Positions 41,306-50,306 of a stretch of DNA of 64,000 nucleotides are shown one piece after another. The notes under the pieces were generated by a model, which was given only the letters and a program-made list of their open reading frames with translations, was not told where the DNA came from and made no database searches. A program made the translations under genes and the position numbers. Positions within the stretch are counted from its first letter, which is position 1. Each line of letters opens with the position of its first letter. The stretch comes from an uncultured Acidobacteriota bacterium (GTDB taxonomy: Bacteria > Acidobacteriota > Thermoanaerobaculia > Gp7-AA8), in contig CAVUKB010000007.1 in NCBI GenBank assembly GCA_963741955.1, positions 416,001-480,000 of the forward strand. The letters are read 5' to 3'.

Positions 41306-41608
41306 ATGACCGAACCCGTCGACGAGTTCGTACTTCTCTCGAGTTGTCATTGCTGCCGGACGTCATGGCGCAGCTTCAGCAGCTTTCTCGCAGAATTCGA
41401 AACATACGTTCCTCCTCCATACGACCGGCTGACGGAGCCGCTCAATTTCATCTGGCAGATCCCGATCGAGGTGGACGACCCTGAGCTCGAGATCTCCGAG
41501 GTGACGGACGTCATCGTTCTGGCAGTGGAACAGCGTCTCGCGGACTTCACGGAAGAGAACAACGTCCTTTCGCTCGCGGGCGTGATCCGTTCGGGAGCGG
41601 ACCACTGA
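41306..41608 (+). CDS. Small acidic hypothetical protein (CHCC motif)
   Basis: AAGGAG RBS before MTEPVDEF; C-terminal part of ORF 40766..41608. Confidence 0.55.
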   Translation: MTEPVDEFVLLSSCHCCRTSWRSFSSFLAEFETYVPPPYDRLTEPLNFIWQIPIEVDDPELEISEVTDVIVLAVEQRLADFTEENNVLSLAGVIRSGADH

Positions 41609-41683
41609 GAGGACCGCTCGTGTGGAAAGACGTCAAACTGCGCCCGGACCAGATTTGAATGATCGAAACATCCCGCACAGCGG

Positions 41684-41943
41684 GAAGATCGGGGCCAGGC
41701 CTTCGATTCTCCGTCCGGAAGATCGGGGCCAGGCCTTCGATTCTCGGTTGCAGGTCTAAGCGACTCTATGGTCAGTCGTTAGCGACACGGTGACTTTGAC
41801 TCTGAACGGAGAGAGCGGGGTGAGGCGCGTCGCTTCTCGGTTGATTCGTCAGATGCTCGATCGAATGCGAAGTAGTGGGCAGGTGTTCATGGAGATCGGA
41901 ACGGATTCGGCCTCCGTCGCGTGGCGAAACCTGGACCGGGCGT
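41684..41943 (+). repeat. Diverged RAYT-end repeat with doubled GAAGATCGGGGCCAGGCCTTCGATTCTC
   Basis: Aligns with 28906-29130. Confidence 0.9.
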
Positions 41944-42266
41944 TCGTCGAGACCCGTCGAGCGGCCCGGCGGTCACGCCGCGTGCAGAACATTCGAACAT
42001 TCTGCTGCGCGCTGGCTTCGGCATCGCGGGCACGCCTCGCGGCCGCCTCGATTTTCGAGAAGGGCAGCAGGAGATCGCTTGCGGTCCGCGAACCCCCGGG
42101 TTCCGGCGCGGAGCGCCTCCACCCGGGGCAACTGTCTGTCGTGCCTACGGCACTTCGGGTGATGCGAGTGAAAGCGGGTGGCGCTTCGCGGGAGGGACAT
42201 CCGAAGTTCTGGAGCACGGATGGTCCCGAGCGACGATCCCTAAGCGAGCGGGCGAGGATGAATCGG

Positions 42267-42622
42267 TTACGTTCGATCCTGGTCGGGTCCTGCGATCCGT
42301 TCAAGCAGCGCGGCGACCTCGGTGCGCTGCGGCGGCAAGTCGTTCTCGACCACGGTCGAGACGATCTCGAGATCGATCCCGAAATAGTCATGGACGAGGA
42401 TATGTCGTGTGCCAATGATGTCTTTCATCGGATCTCCGGCGCGAGTTCCCTGATGGACTCAGGAACTCGACTTGCCGCCTCGCCGATCAGCTGGAGGTGA
42501 CGCACGATCCAGCTCTGAATCAGCTCGTCTTCGTCGAACACCGTCCGTCCTCGCGCGGCATACCGTTCGATGCGCTCGATTGCCTCGAGGATGTCCCGGA
42601 GTCGTTCAGCCGGATCCCTCAA
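42267..42622 (-). pseudogene. HEPN/DUF86 (HepT-like) RNase toxin with 1-nt frameshift near 42425
   Basis: LRDILEAIERIE...IGEAASRVP...PEI / KDIIGTRHILVHDYFGID (RX4HXY motif). Confidence 0.85.
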
Positions 42623-42915
42623 ACCGGGACCGCCTCGGCCAGAATACGTTGGCGGATCCGCGGCCGGAGACCTCGCTCGGTGACCACGTCCACACGGCAT
42701 CCGAGAATCTCCTGCAGCTCGATCGAAAGGCCGCCGAGATCAAAGAGTGAGCGCCCGGCTTCCATCTCGACGAGCAGATCGATGTCGCTCTCCGCGTCGG
42801 CATCTCCTCGCGCGACCGAACCAAACACGCGGACATTTCTTGCGCCATGGCTCCGCGCGGCGCGAAGAATGCGGTCCCTGTTCTCTCGGAGCAGCTCCTC
42901 ATGCGTGCGGTTCAT
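42619..42915 (-). CDS. Minimal nucleotidyltransferase antitoxin (MntA-like)
   Basis: [24 protein letters not shown]. Confidence 0.92.
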   Translation of the reverse strand: MNRTHEELLRENRDRILRAARSHGARNVRVFGSVARGDADAESDIDLLVEMEAGRSLFDLGGLSIELQEILGCRVDVVTERGLRPRIRQRILAEAVPV

Positions 42916-42989
42916 CGACTGATTCTAACCCGTTGTGCGGGTGACTGAGTCCCTCCAGGCGCGGTCATACCCGGCCAGAACGCCGGCCA

Positions 42990-43598
42990 CTACCTCGAGC
43001 CGAAGAGGGGAAGCTGGCTCGCGGCGCTCTCCTCGTCGCCGTTCTCCTCGATCTCGACCTTCCGGCCGCCGAGCCGGGTGGTGACGGCGCGTTCGGCGAC
43101 GGCGATCCAGCGCTTTCGTGGGAGGCCCTCGAGATCGAGGTGGTCGATCTTCCAGTCCGCAAGAAGCAGCCGGACCCGGCGGTCGATCGCGGTCTGGAAG
43201 TCGGGGTCGACGTCACGCACGCCGTCGGTCTGGGTCGGGCCGCGGCCTGCAGGGACGCGCAGCAGGAGGTCGTAGCTCTGAATCCAGTCGCGAACCAGAC
43301 GCGCGGCCATCGGCTGCTCGCCGGCCGCATGGACGAGGTACGCGTAGTTGTCGATCACCGCCCGGTCGCAGACCACGACCTGGTGCCGTGCCACCATTTC
43401 CAGCTCCCGGGCGATCTGGGAGTGGAGGATCCAGAGCTGGGCGAGGAGGTTCGTCTCCTGGTTGATCGGAAGGGGACAGCCGCGGGCGACCTCCTTGACG
43501 ATCTCGCAGTCGAGGCTCTGCTTCTTGAGCCGCGCTGCCAGCTCGTAGCAGAGCGTCGTCTTGCCGACGCCGTGGGTTCCGATGAAGGCGACCTTCAT
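42990..43598 (-). CDS. NadR/AAA_28-like P-loop nucleotide kinase
   Basis: GTHGVGKTT, EVAR, CDRAVID, DGVR. Confidence 0.85.
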   Translation of the reverse strand: MKVAFIGTHGVGKTTLCYELAARLKKQSLDCEIVKEVARGCPLPINQETNLLAQLWILHSQIARELEMVARHQVVVCDRAVIDNYAYLVHAAGEQPMAARLVRDWIQSYDLLLRVPAGRGPTQTDGVRDVDPDFQTAIDRRVRLLLADWKIDHLDLEGLPRKRWIAVAERAVTTRLGGRKVEIEENGDEESAASQLPLFGSR

Positions 43599-43733
43599 GC
43601 CGGGCGAGCGTAGCAGACCGCGGGCTCGAGGTCGAAGTGCGGAGTCCACCCACCGGGGGACCGGGTTGATCATGAACCTGTCCGGATCGCGACGCGCGTG
43701 ATCCGATGACGGAGCTGTACAATCGTGATGGCG

Positions 43734-44039
43734 ATGAAAACCCATCGGGACGTCGAACAGAGAAGTCTCCGTATGGCGCGGGAGATCGTGAAACGGATCG
43801 ATGCCGACCCGGCAAGAGCGGGTCTCGCGCATGCGCGGGAAGTGTGCCGGCGTTGGGTCGCCCGGGGGAATGTGCCGGCTCGCGAGTGGCTCCAGATTCT
43901 GGAACATCCAATGCCTTCGTCGCCGAAGCGGGGTGCGCCTTGCATCCAGGCTGCTCTCCGCCTCCTCGCGACGAGATGGTGTGAGAAATGCGGGCTAACA
44001 ACTCGTGATCGGATTTCGGGTCCGGAGGTGGCGGTCTGA
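43734..44039 (+). CDS. Hypothetical, possibly truncated antitoxin-like protein
   Basis: MKTHRDVEQRSLRMAREIVKRI...WLQIL; C-terminus runs into a REP. Confidence 0.4.
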   Translation: MKTHRDVEQRSLRMAREIVKRIDADPARAGLAHAREVCRRWVARGNVPAREWLQILEHPMPSSPKRGAPCIQAALRLLATRWCEKCGLTTRDRISGPEVAV

Positions 44040-44069
44040 AGGCCGCGACCCCCGGCTACAGTCAGGCAC
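44022..44069 (-). repeat. GTAG-type REP hairpin; co-oriented copies at 44786-44833 and 46827-46874
   Basis: CCGGRGGTG..GGYC TGAM GGCC...ACCYYCGG-CT(A/G)C-ARTCAGGCAC. Confidence 0.8.
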
Positions 44070-44105
44070 GTCTCGGGCGCGCTGCGGATTCGGTTTCGGA
44101 GCCCC

Positions 44106-44396
44106 TCATGCGGCTGATTGAAGGTTTTCTCGAATGATTCGTGGATGGCGCGCTGCAATCCGAAGGAGCGCCACAGCCGGGCCTTCCGGATGGCGGCGCC
44201 CCTGCTCCCAGTTGCGGAGAGTGTGGACGCTGATTCCCATCGCGCGCGCGAAATCGACCTGAGTCAATCCGACGAATCGCCGAAGCGCCACGATGTCGGC
44301 GCCCGATTCGAAGCGTCCGTGAGCCAGCCGCTTCCGCACGCTGGCCGGAATGCTCCGCGCGAAGTCTTTCTCGTCGAGCTCCCGATTCTCATTCAT
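44106..44396 (-). CDS. Xre-HTH antitoxin
   Basis: GLTQVDFARAMGISVHTLRNWEQGRRHPEGPA; overlaps brnT. Confidence 0.88.
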   Translation of the reverse strand: MNENRELDEKDFARSIPASVRKRLAHGRFESGADIVALRRFVGLTQVDFARAMGISVHTLRNWEQGRRHPEGPAVALLRIAARHPRIIRENLQSAA

Positions 44397-44682
44397 CACG
44401 TTTCTCCATCGCCTGATCGAAAAGTCTCTTCTCACGATTCGTCGCGAGCCGGGCACTGATGATTCGAATGATCTCCTCTTCGATCTCGGTCCACACTACG
44501 ACGATCACGCCAAGCTCGATCGGGCCGATGGCGATGAATCGATCTTCCGTCACCGAGTGCTCCTCGTCGAACATCTCCAGGTATTCGACACCGGACGTGA
44601 ACAGATGCTGTGCCTCTTCAAACGAGACGCCGTGCTTGTTTTGATTCGTCCGGTTCTTCGCCTCGTCCCAGAGAATCTCCAC
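44389..44682 (-). CDS. brnT: BrnT-family RNase toxin
   Basis: WDEAKNRTN..KHGVSFEEA, EDRFIAIG, IRIISARLA. Confidence 0.92.
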   Translation of the reverse strand: MEILWDEAKNRTNQNKHGVSFEEAQHLFTSGVEYLEMFDEEHSVTEDRFIAIGPIELGVIVVVWTEIEEEIIRIISARLATNREKRLFDQAMEKRDE

Positions 44683-44726
44683 CTGCGAATTCTAAGCCAT
44701 TGGCGGAGTCGAACGAAATCGGATCT

Positions 44727-45080
44727 GCAGAAGATCTCCGGCACCGCTGCCGCGGTGCCCACAGTTCGCGATGAGCTCTTCGCTTCCGGGGGTGCCGGCC
44801 TGACGGCCGAAACCTTCGGCTGCAATCAGGCACGCTTCCGGCGTGCGACTTTCGCGACGGCGCTCCGGGGCGGGAGCGTCATCGGGCGCGAAGAGAGCGA
44901 TTCGTTCGAGAGCGGTTCTTCTTGGGCCGACCCGGTGTTCTCTGATCCAGCCGGCTCCGGATCGCGGTCCGGCAGGTCTGTGAACGTGTGGCCCACCACC
45001 TTCCGATCACCGAACCGATGATCGCGCCTGCCGCGAATTCGATGCCGTGTCTGAGGAATCCGAAGTTGAAGTCGCGGCTC
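44727..45080 (+). repeat. Diverged direct repeat of 46769-47276 with an internal ~156-bp deletion (remnant of the PAP2 gene 3' end)
   Basis: 44727-45040 aligns to 46769-47080 and 45041-45080 to 47237-47276. Confidence 0.9.
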
Positions 45081-45243
45081 CGAGGCCAAATTCGTTCGGA
45101 TTCGAGGTGCGTAGCGGTGGCCACTCGCCGAAAATCCGGACGGGTCTGGACCGCTGACTCTGGTGAGACGAATCACAGCGCAGGCAACGCTCTTGCACTC
45201 ATACGGATTAGGAGAGTATTGTCTCCGTACACGGAGGACCTCG

Positions 45244-45681
45244 ATGCCGTCCAGTACAGAGTATCCCGCGACGCGGTACGCCCCCTCGCCCCTCATCGAT
45301 CTCTCCTCGCGTGCCGAGCGGGAACGGCTGAGCAGCTCCGCGATCCGCGGGTTCTTCAACATCGTCGAGCGCTGGGGCGTGCGTGACGAGGACGCGCGCG
45401 CCCTCCTCGGCGGGATCTCGAATGGCCCCTACTATGAGCTGAAGAAGAACCCCGACCGCGTGCTCGACGCCGACCGGTTGCTCCGTATCTCCTACCTCGT
45501 CGGCATCTTCAAGGCGCTCAATATCCTCTATTCGAGAAAGCTCGCCGACGCGTGGATCACCCTTCCGAACAGCAACCGCATCTTCGGCGGCCAGACGCCG
45601 CTCGAAACCATGATGAAAGGCGGCCTGCCGGCGATGCAGACGGTTCGCCGCCTCCTCGACGCGCGCCGGGGCGGGCGGTGA
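45244..45681 (+). CDS. Xre/MbcA/ParS antitoxin
   Basis: RISYLVGIFKALNILY, ADAWITLPN, FGGQTPL, VRRLLDA. Confidence 0.9.
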   Translation: MPSSTEYPATRYAPSPLIDLSSRAERERLSSSAIRGFFNIVERWGVRDEDARALLGGISNGPYYELKKNPDRVLDADRLLRISYLVGIFKALNILYSRKLADAWITLPNSNRIFGGQTPLETMMKGGLPAMQTVRRLLDARRGGR

Positions 45682-46361
45682 AGCTGCCGGAGCGCCGCCT
45701 GATCAGGCGGAACAATACGCACCGGCTGATCCCCTCACACTACACCGACCGCGGCGAGAGCGTTCTCGCGGAGATCGCGGACGATGACGCGCATCTTCAC
45801 GACCTCTTCGACCTCGACCACGCCAGGAACGAACGGCTCCTCGCCGAGAACGATCTCCTCCCCGGCATCGGCAGCCACGAGCTGGTGTTCGGAGTCCCCT
45901 GCTTCCGCATCATCAACGCGGCGTTCTCTCACGCGCATCCGCTCGGCAGTCGCTTCAACGCTCCCGACCGCGGCGCCTGGTACGCATCGTTCGATCTGGC
46001 GACCGCCCACGCCGAGGTGGCGTACCACAAATGGATCGAACTGGCGGAGATCGGCTGGAGCGAGGAGGAGATGACGTTCGACGATTACCTCGCGGATTTC
46101 AGCGCGGAGTTCCACGACATCCGCGGAGACGAGCGTTTCCGCGACGCGCTGGCGCTCGACAGCTACCTGTTCTCGCAGCGGCTCGCCCAGGAGCTCCTCG
46201 ACGCGGGATCCCTCGGCATCGTCTACCCCGCGGTGCGGCGAAGCAAGGGAACCTGCCTCGCCTGTTTCCGCCCACCGCTGGTGATGAACGTGAGGAAGGG
46301 AGCGACGTACCGCTACCGTTGGCGCGGACGGCCGGAACCGTCGGTGTCGGTGGTGCGGTGA
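45678..46361 (+). CDS. RES-domain toxin (NAD+ phosphorylase family)
   Basis: SRFNAPDRGAWYAS, TAHAEVAYH, Y..SQ.LA, GIVYPAVR; GTGA overlap. Confidence 0.9.
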   Translation: MKLPERRLIRRNNTHRLIPSHYTDRGESVLAEIADDDAHLHDLFDLDHARNERLLAENDLLPGIGSHELVFGVPCFRIINAAFSHAHPLGSRFNAPDRGAWYASFDLATAHAEVAYHKWIELAEIGWSEEEMTFDDYLADFSAEFHDIRGDERFRDALALDSYLFSQRLAQELLDAGSLGIVYPAVRRSKGTCLACFRPPLVMNVRKGATYRYRWRGRPEPSVSVVR

Positions 46362-46632
46362 GGGGGCGGCGTTTTCTCGCGTCTCTGCGTTCAGTGGCTG
46401 AAGGTCCGGATTTGCGCGAGAGGCACGGGGCGAGTGGGTGGCGGCGTCGAATTCTCTTTTTCGGGGTTGCCCCTCACCCTGACCCTCTCCCCGAACGCGA
46501 ATCTCGGCTGAAGACATGACCCCGGACGGGGAGAGGCGAGTCGTCGCGAGGGTGGCGAGTCGCGGCTGCGGATTCGGCGGCTGGAGTTGTCATTCAGACC
46601 GTCGTCGAGCCGGAGGTATACTGTCCCCTTCC

Positions 46633-46775
46633 ATGACTCAGGTGCTCCGCACGGGCGATCTCCTCTCCCGCTTCCGGATCGTTGCGCCGATCGGGAGCGG
46701 CGGATGGGGCAGGTCCACAAGGCGATGGACGATTCGCTGGAGCGTCCGGTCGCGCTCGAGATCCTCCCGCAGAAG
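46633..46775 (+). pseudogene. 5' fragment of a Ser/Thr protein kinase
   Basis: RFRIVAPIGSGG / MGQVHKAMDDSLERPVALEILP (subdomains I-II, frameshifted), ends at the repeat boundary. Confidence 0.65.
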
Positions 46776-46918
46776 ATCTCCGGCACCGCTGCCGCGGTGC
46801 ACACAGTTTTACGATCGGGCTCGGGCCCGGGGGTGGCGGCCTGACGGCCGCAACCTCCGGCTACAATCAGGCACACCTCCGTCGTGCGACTTTCGCGACG
46901 ACGCTCCGGGCGGGAGCG

Positions 46919-47686
46919 TCATCCGGCGCGAAGCGAGCGATCCGTTCGAGAGCGGTTCTCGTCGGCCGACCCGGCGTTCTCTGATCCAGCCGGCTCCGGA
47001 CCGCGGTCCGGCACGTTTGCGAACGTGTGGCCCACCACCCTTCCGATCACCGAACCAATGATCGCGCCTGCCGCGAATTCGGAGAACCAGTGGATGCTGA
47101 CCGAGACCGCGAGGCCGACATAGAACGCATACAAGAGCGCGGCGGCTTTGAGCGGTCTGTTCTTTGGGACCAGCGTGATCAGAGCGACCGCCATCGCGAA
47201 CGCGATCGTCGCGTGCGAGGAGGGCCAACCCCAGAAGATGCCGTGTCTGAGGAATCCGAAGTTGAAGTCACGGCTCGTGTCCGTGAGTGCGCCGCCGAAC
47301 GGTGGCTGCATGCGGCCGGTGAAGGCCTTGTACGCCGAGCTGACGAGGCTCCCGATGAGTGCCGCCTGGCCCAGCGTATACGCGAGCTTCTTCGAAGCGT
47401 CGCTCGTCCGAACGTAGCCGATCAGCAGCATTCCGACCGGAACCAGGAGTGGAATGAACGCGCCGAGGATGACCGCGGGGAAGATCAGCAGACGGGGAAT
47501 CCCGCGCGTGTTGACGAAGTACCACCAGTCGAACCCGGAAAGGACGAGAGCGGCGGTGAGCGCGATCGCCACGACGTGCCAGAGAGTGTTCCATCCCAGA
47601 AAGGCGTTCGCGACGTCTCGCGGAATCGTACGGAGGAACATCCTGAGATACCGGGGACGCTCGATGTCGTTACGTCTCTCGTCCAT
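46919..47686 (-). CDS. PAP2-family membrane phosphatase
   Basis: KAFTGRMQP, WPSSHA, HWFSE. Confidence 0.85.
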   Translation of the reverse strand: MDERRNDIERPRYLRMFLRTIPRDVANAFLGWNTLWHVVAIALTAALVLSGFDWWYFVNTRGIPRLLIFPAVILGAFIPLLVPVGMLLIGYVRTSDASKKLAYTLGQAALIGSLVSSAYKAFTGRMQPPFGGALTDTSRDFNFGFLRHGIFWGWPSSHATIAFAMAVALITLVPKNRPLKAAALLYAFYVGLAVSVSIHWFSEFAAGAIIGSVIGRVVGHTFANVPDRGPEPAGSENAGSADENRSRTDRSLRAG

Positions 47687-48077
47687 TTCGAAGATTCCTC
47701 TCGCGTGATATCCGTTGGGATTCGAATTTCCGATCCTGCTCGGCGCACGATACACGGCTCGTCCGGACCTCTTTCGCAATCAATTTTCGGGGTTACCCTC
47801 ACCTTCTCCTCTCCCCGAATCGCGGACCGTGACTGAAGACATGACCCCAAACGGGAAGAGGTGAGGCAGGATGAGAGGGAGTGAGTACCGGCCTGGACGG
47901 CTCGGGATTCTGCTCGCTGCTTTGTGAACTCTGCTGCGAAACTCCGGCGCGCCTTCGGGGTGCGAGGAATGATCGCGCTCCTCTCTTTTCGGTGGTGCCT
48001 GAATTCCGTACGCTGAACGCTGCATTCCGCATTCCGCATTCCGCGATCGTCGCCCGTGCGTCCGCGGTTCCTTTCCC

Positions 48078-48401
48078 TCAGCTCTCGCCGCCGACCTTCG
48101 TGCGCTTCGCCGGTCCCGTCGCGTTCCAGCGGGTTCCGAGCCAGTGGCCGGCGGCGAACACCACGACGTCGACGACGGAGTTCGGGATCGATTCCGGTCC
48201 CGAGACGTTGAAGAGCGCTTGTCCCCATCCTCGGCGCTGCGCGAATTGCTCGATGATCTCGTATCCAACCGAGAGCGTCATCGCGGTTCGGAAGCGAATG
48301 TCCACCAGCCCCATGGCGAGACCGGAGGTGAGGTGGATGAGCGTCCAGGGGTCGATCGCCGCTTGGTTCTGTTCCGCCTTTCGTCGCGCAACGAGTTTCA
48401 T
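48078..48401 (-). CDS. Small membrane protein (DUF2585-like)
   Basis: DPWTLIHLTSG, YEIIEQ, ES..NSVVD. Confidence 0.6.
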   Translation of the reverse strand: MKLVARRKAEQNQAAIDPWTLIHLTSGLAMGLVDIRFRTAMTLSVGYEIIEQFAQRRGWGQALFNVSGPESIPNSVVDVVVFAAGHWLGTRWNATGPAKRTKVGGES

Positions 48402-48544
48402 CGCTTCCCGTCCTTCGTCATCGAACGTTGCCGTTGAGAGTTCCCTGCAAAGAGCACAGCAAGCTTCACTCCGTCGTGGAATCCCGCCCGGGAACAATCG
48501 GCTTTCGGAGCCCAGAAGCCAGAAGCTTCAGGGATCCCCAGTCA

Positions 48545-49831
48545 CTACCTCGTCAGGCGCTCGATGAAGATCGCGGTCCGTTTGATCAGGATCGGAAGCG
48601 ATGCGAGATCCACTGTTTCGTCCGGTGTATGCGAGCCGTCGCCGCGCGCGCCGATCCCGTCGATCGAGTCGACGTACGGAGCGACGAACGAGACGTCTCC
48701 CGCGCCACGCTCGCCCGGATCGAGCGCCGGAACGGTGCCGAACCCGAGGTCCTGACTCGCGCGGTCGAGAACTTTCAGGAGAGCGTAGTTGCCGTCGGTC
48801 GGCGACATCGCAGGATATTCATCGTGGAAGTTGATGGTCGCCGAAGTGAGCGGGAGATGCTGCGCGACGATGGAGCGCATCGTCTCCTTGGCGGCGTCGC
48901 GCTGATCGTTGGAGAGGAAGCGGAGATCGCCGGTGACGATCACGCTGCGTGCGACGACGTTGGTCTTTCCGGAAGCCGTTCCGCGGTGCGAGTCTTCGTC
49001 GAACGTCACGTCCGTGCCGCCGTTGATCACACTCGGATTGAACGTGAGGTACTTCTCTTCGTGCAGCTTGACGTAGAACGCGTCGAGAATCCGGGCCGCC
49101 TCGAAGACGGCGCCTGCGCCGGTGTTCGGGTCGAAGATCCCGGCGGAGTGCGCCTGGGTGCCGGTGACGTCGAGGCGCCAGGTCGTCACGCCGCGGCGTG
49201 CCACGGTTGCGGTGTCGCCGACGCTCGCCTCGAATCCGAGCGCCGCGTTCGAGCGTTTCGCCGCGTCGATCATGTCGCGGCGGCTGGTGCTGACCGGATC
49301 GCCGGCGTCTTCTTCGTCTCCGGAGAAGAAGACGATGATGCGCCGGTTCTTCAGTGCTCCCGCATCGTGCAGCGCGTGGAGCGCGGCAAGAATGATCGCA
49401 TTCCCTCCCTTCATGTCGACCGAACCGTTCCCATGGCCGGTCTCGCCGGTCACCGACCATCCGGCGCCTTCGAGGACCGTGTCGAGGTGACCGATGAGGA
49501 GAAGCCGCTTTCCCTTCGATCCGTCGATCTCGCCGACCAGATGTCCGGCGCGATTCATCGCGTCAGGCATCGGGATCCACTTCGTGGTGAATCCGAGTTT
49601 CTGGAGCTCTTTCGCGTAATAGTCCGCCATCGCGTGGACGCCCTTCAGATCCTGAGTGGCGCTCGGGATGTCGACCGACTGCTGCAGGAGCGTGAGCGTC
49701 TCCGGCATCTGCTGGTCGACGAGCGAGACGATCCGTTTCTCCCGACGGTCGAGACCTGCGGCGACGAGAGGGGGCGAGGTGAGTGCGAACGCGAGGCATG
49801 CAGCGACGAGGAGGGCGAGGCGTCTCTTCAT
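48545..49831 (-). CDS. Secreted M20 peptidase (glutamate carboxypeptidase-like)
   Basis: GHLDTV, DMKGG, DEE, GAGD, GSHTPDE. Confidence 0.92.
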   Translation of the reverse strand: MKRRLALLVAACLAFALTSPPLVAAGLDRREKRIVSLVDQQMPETLTLLQQSVDIPSATQDLKGVHAMADYYAKELQKLGFTTKWIPMPDAMNRAGHLVGEIDGSKGKRLLLIGHLDTVLEGAGWSVTGETGHGNGSVDMKGGNAIILAALHALHDAGALKNRRIIVFFSGDEEDAGDPVSTSRRDMIDAAKRSNAALGFEASVGDTATVARRGVTTWRLDVTGTQAHSAGIFDPNTGAGAVFEAARILDAFYVKLHEEKYLTFNPSVINGGTDVTFDEDSHRGTASGKTNVVARSVIVTGDLRFLSNDQRDAAKETMRSIVAQHLPLTSATINFHDEYPAMSPTDGNYALLKVLDRASQDLGFGTVPALDPGERGAGDVSFVAPYVDSIDGIGARGDGSHTPDETVDLASLPILIKRTAIFIERLTR

Positions 49832-50306
49832 GTGCGAATCGTAGCAGTTCCGCCGCCGGTGATGGGATGTCGATCGCAGGTCGGAGATGGCAATGCCCGG
49901 TGCACGAATGTCGAGATCGGACGAAGGGTCACGTCGCGTGACGTTTCCTGCACCCCTGGGTGCCTCTTCCGAAGTCCGGACGTCGCGAACCTCCCGCACG
50001 CCTTCGGCGCGCTTTTCGCTTGCGACTCGGATTGGGTCAGGTGAAGGAACGAGGCGTGTTGTCTGACTTGCGACTCGGATTGGGTATCGATCGGGGTGGC
50101 TCCCTCCCGCACGCCTTCGGCATTCCGTCCGGCATGCCTCTTCTTTGCGGGTTACCTCCGATTGTCTAAACTCGAGGTACGCATTCGGCGTGAGATCGGA
50201 GACCGAGACGATGAATGCCGAATGCGGAAGAGAGATCCGGATCTGGAGCGTGAAAATCGACATCGGGAGTTGAGAAGACGATGCGACCCGGCATCGCGGA
50301 GCGTAT

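Noticed and set aside
44727-47276. Diversity-generating retroelement TR/VR pair
   Set aside because: Differences between copies are not adenine-specific and no reverse transcriptase is present.
22000-48000. tRNA-anchored integrative element, prophage or classical integron
   Set aside because: No tRNA, tyrosine or serine integrase, phage structural genes or attC-like sites were recognised.
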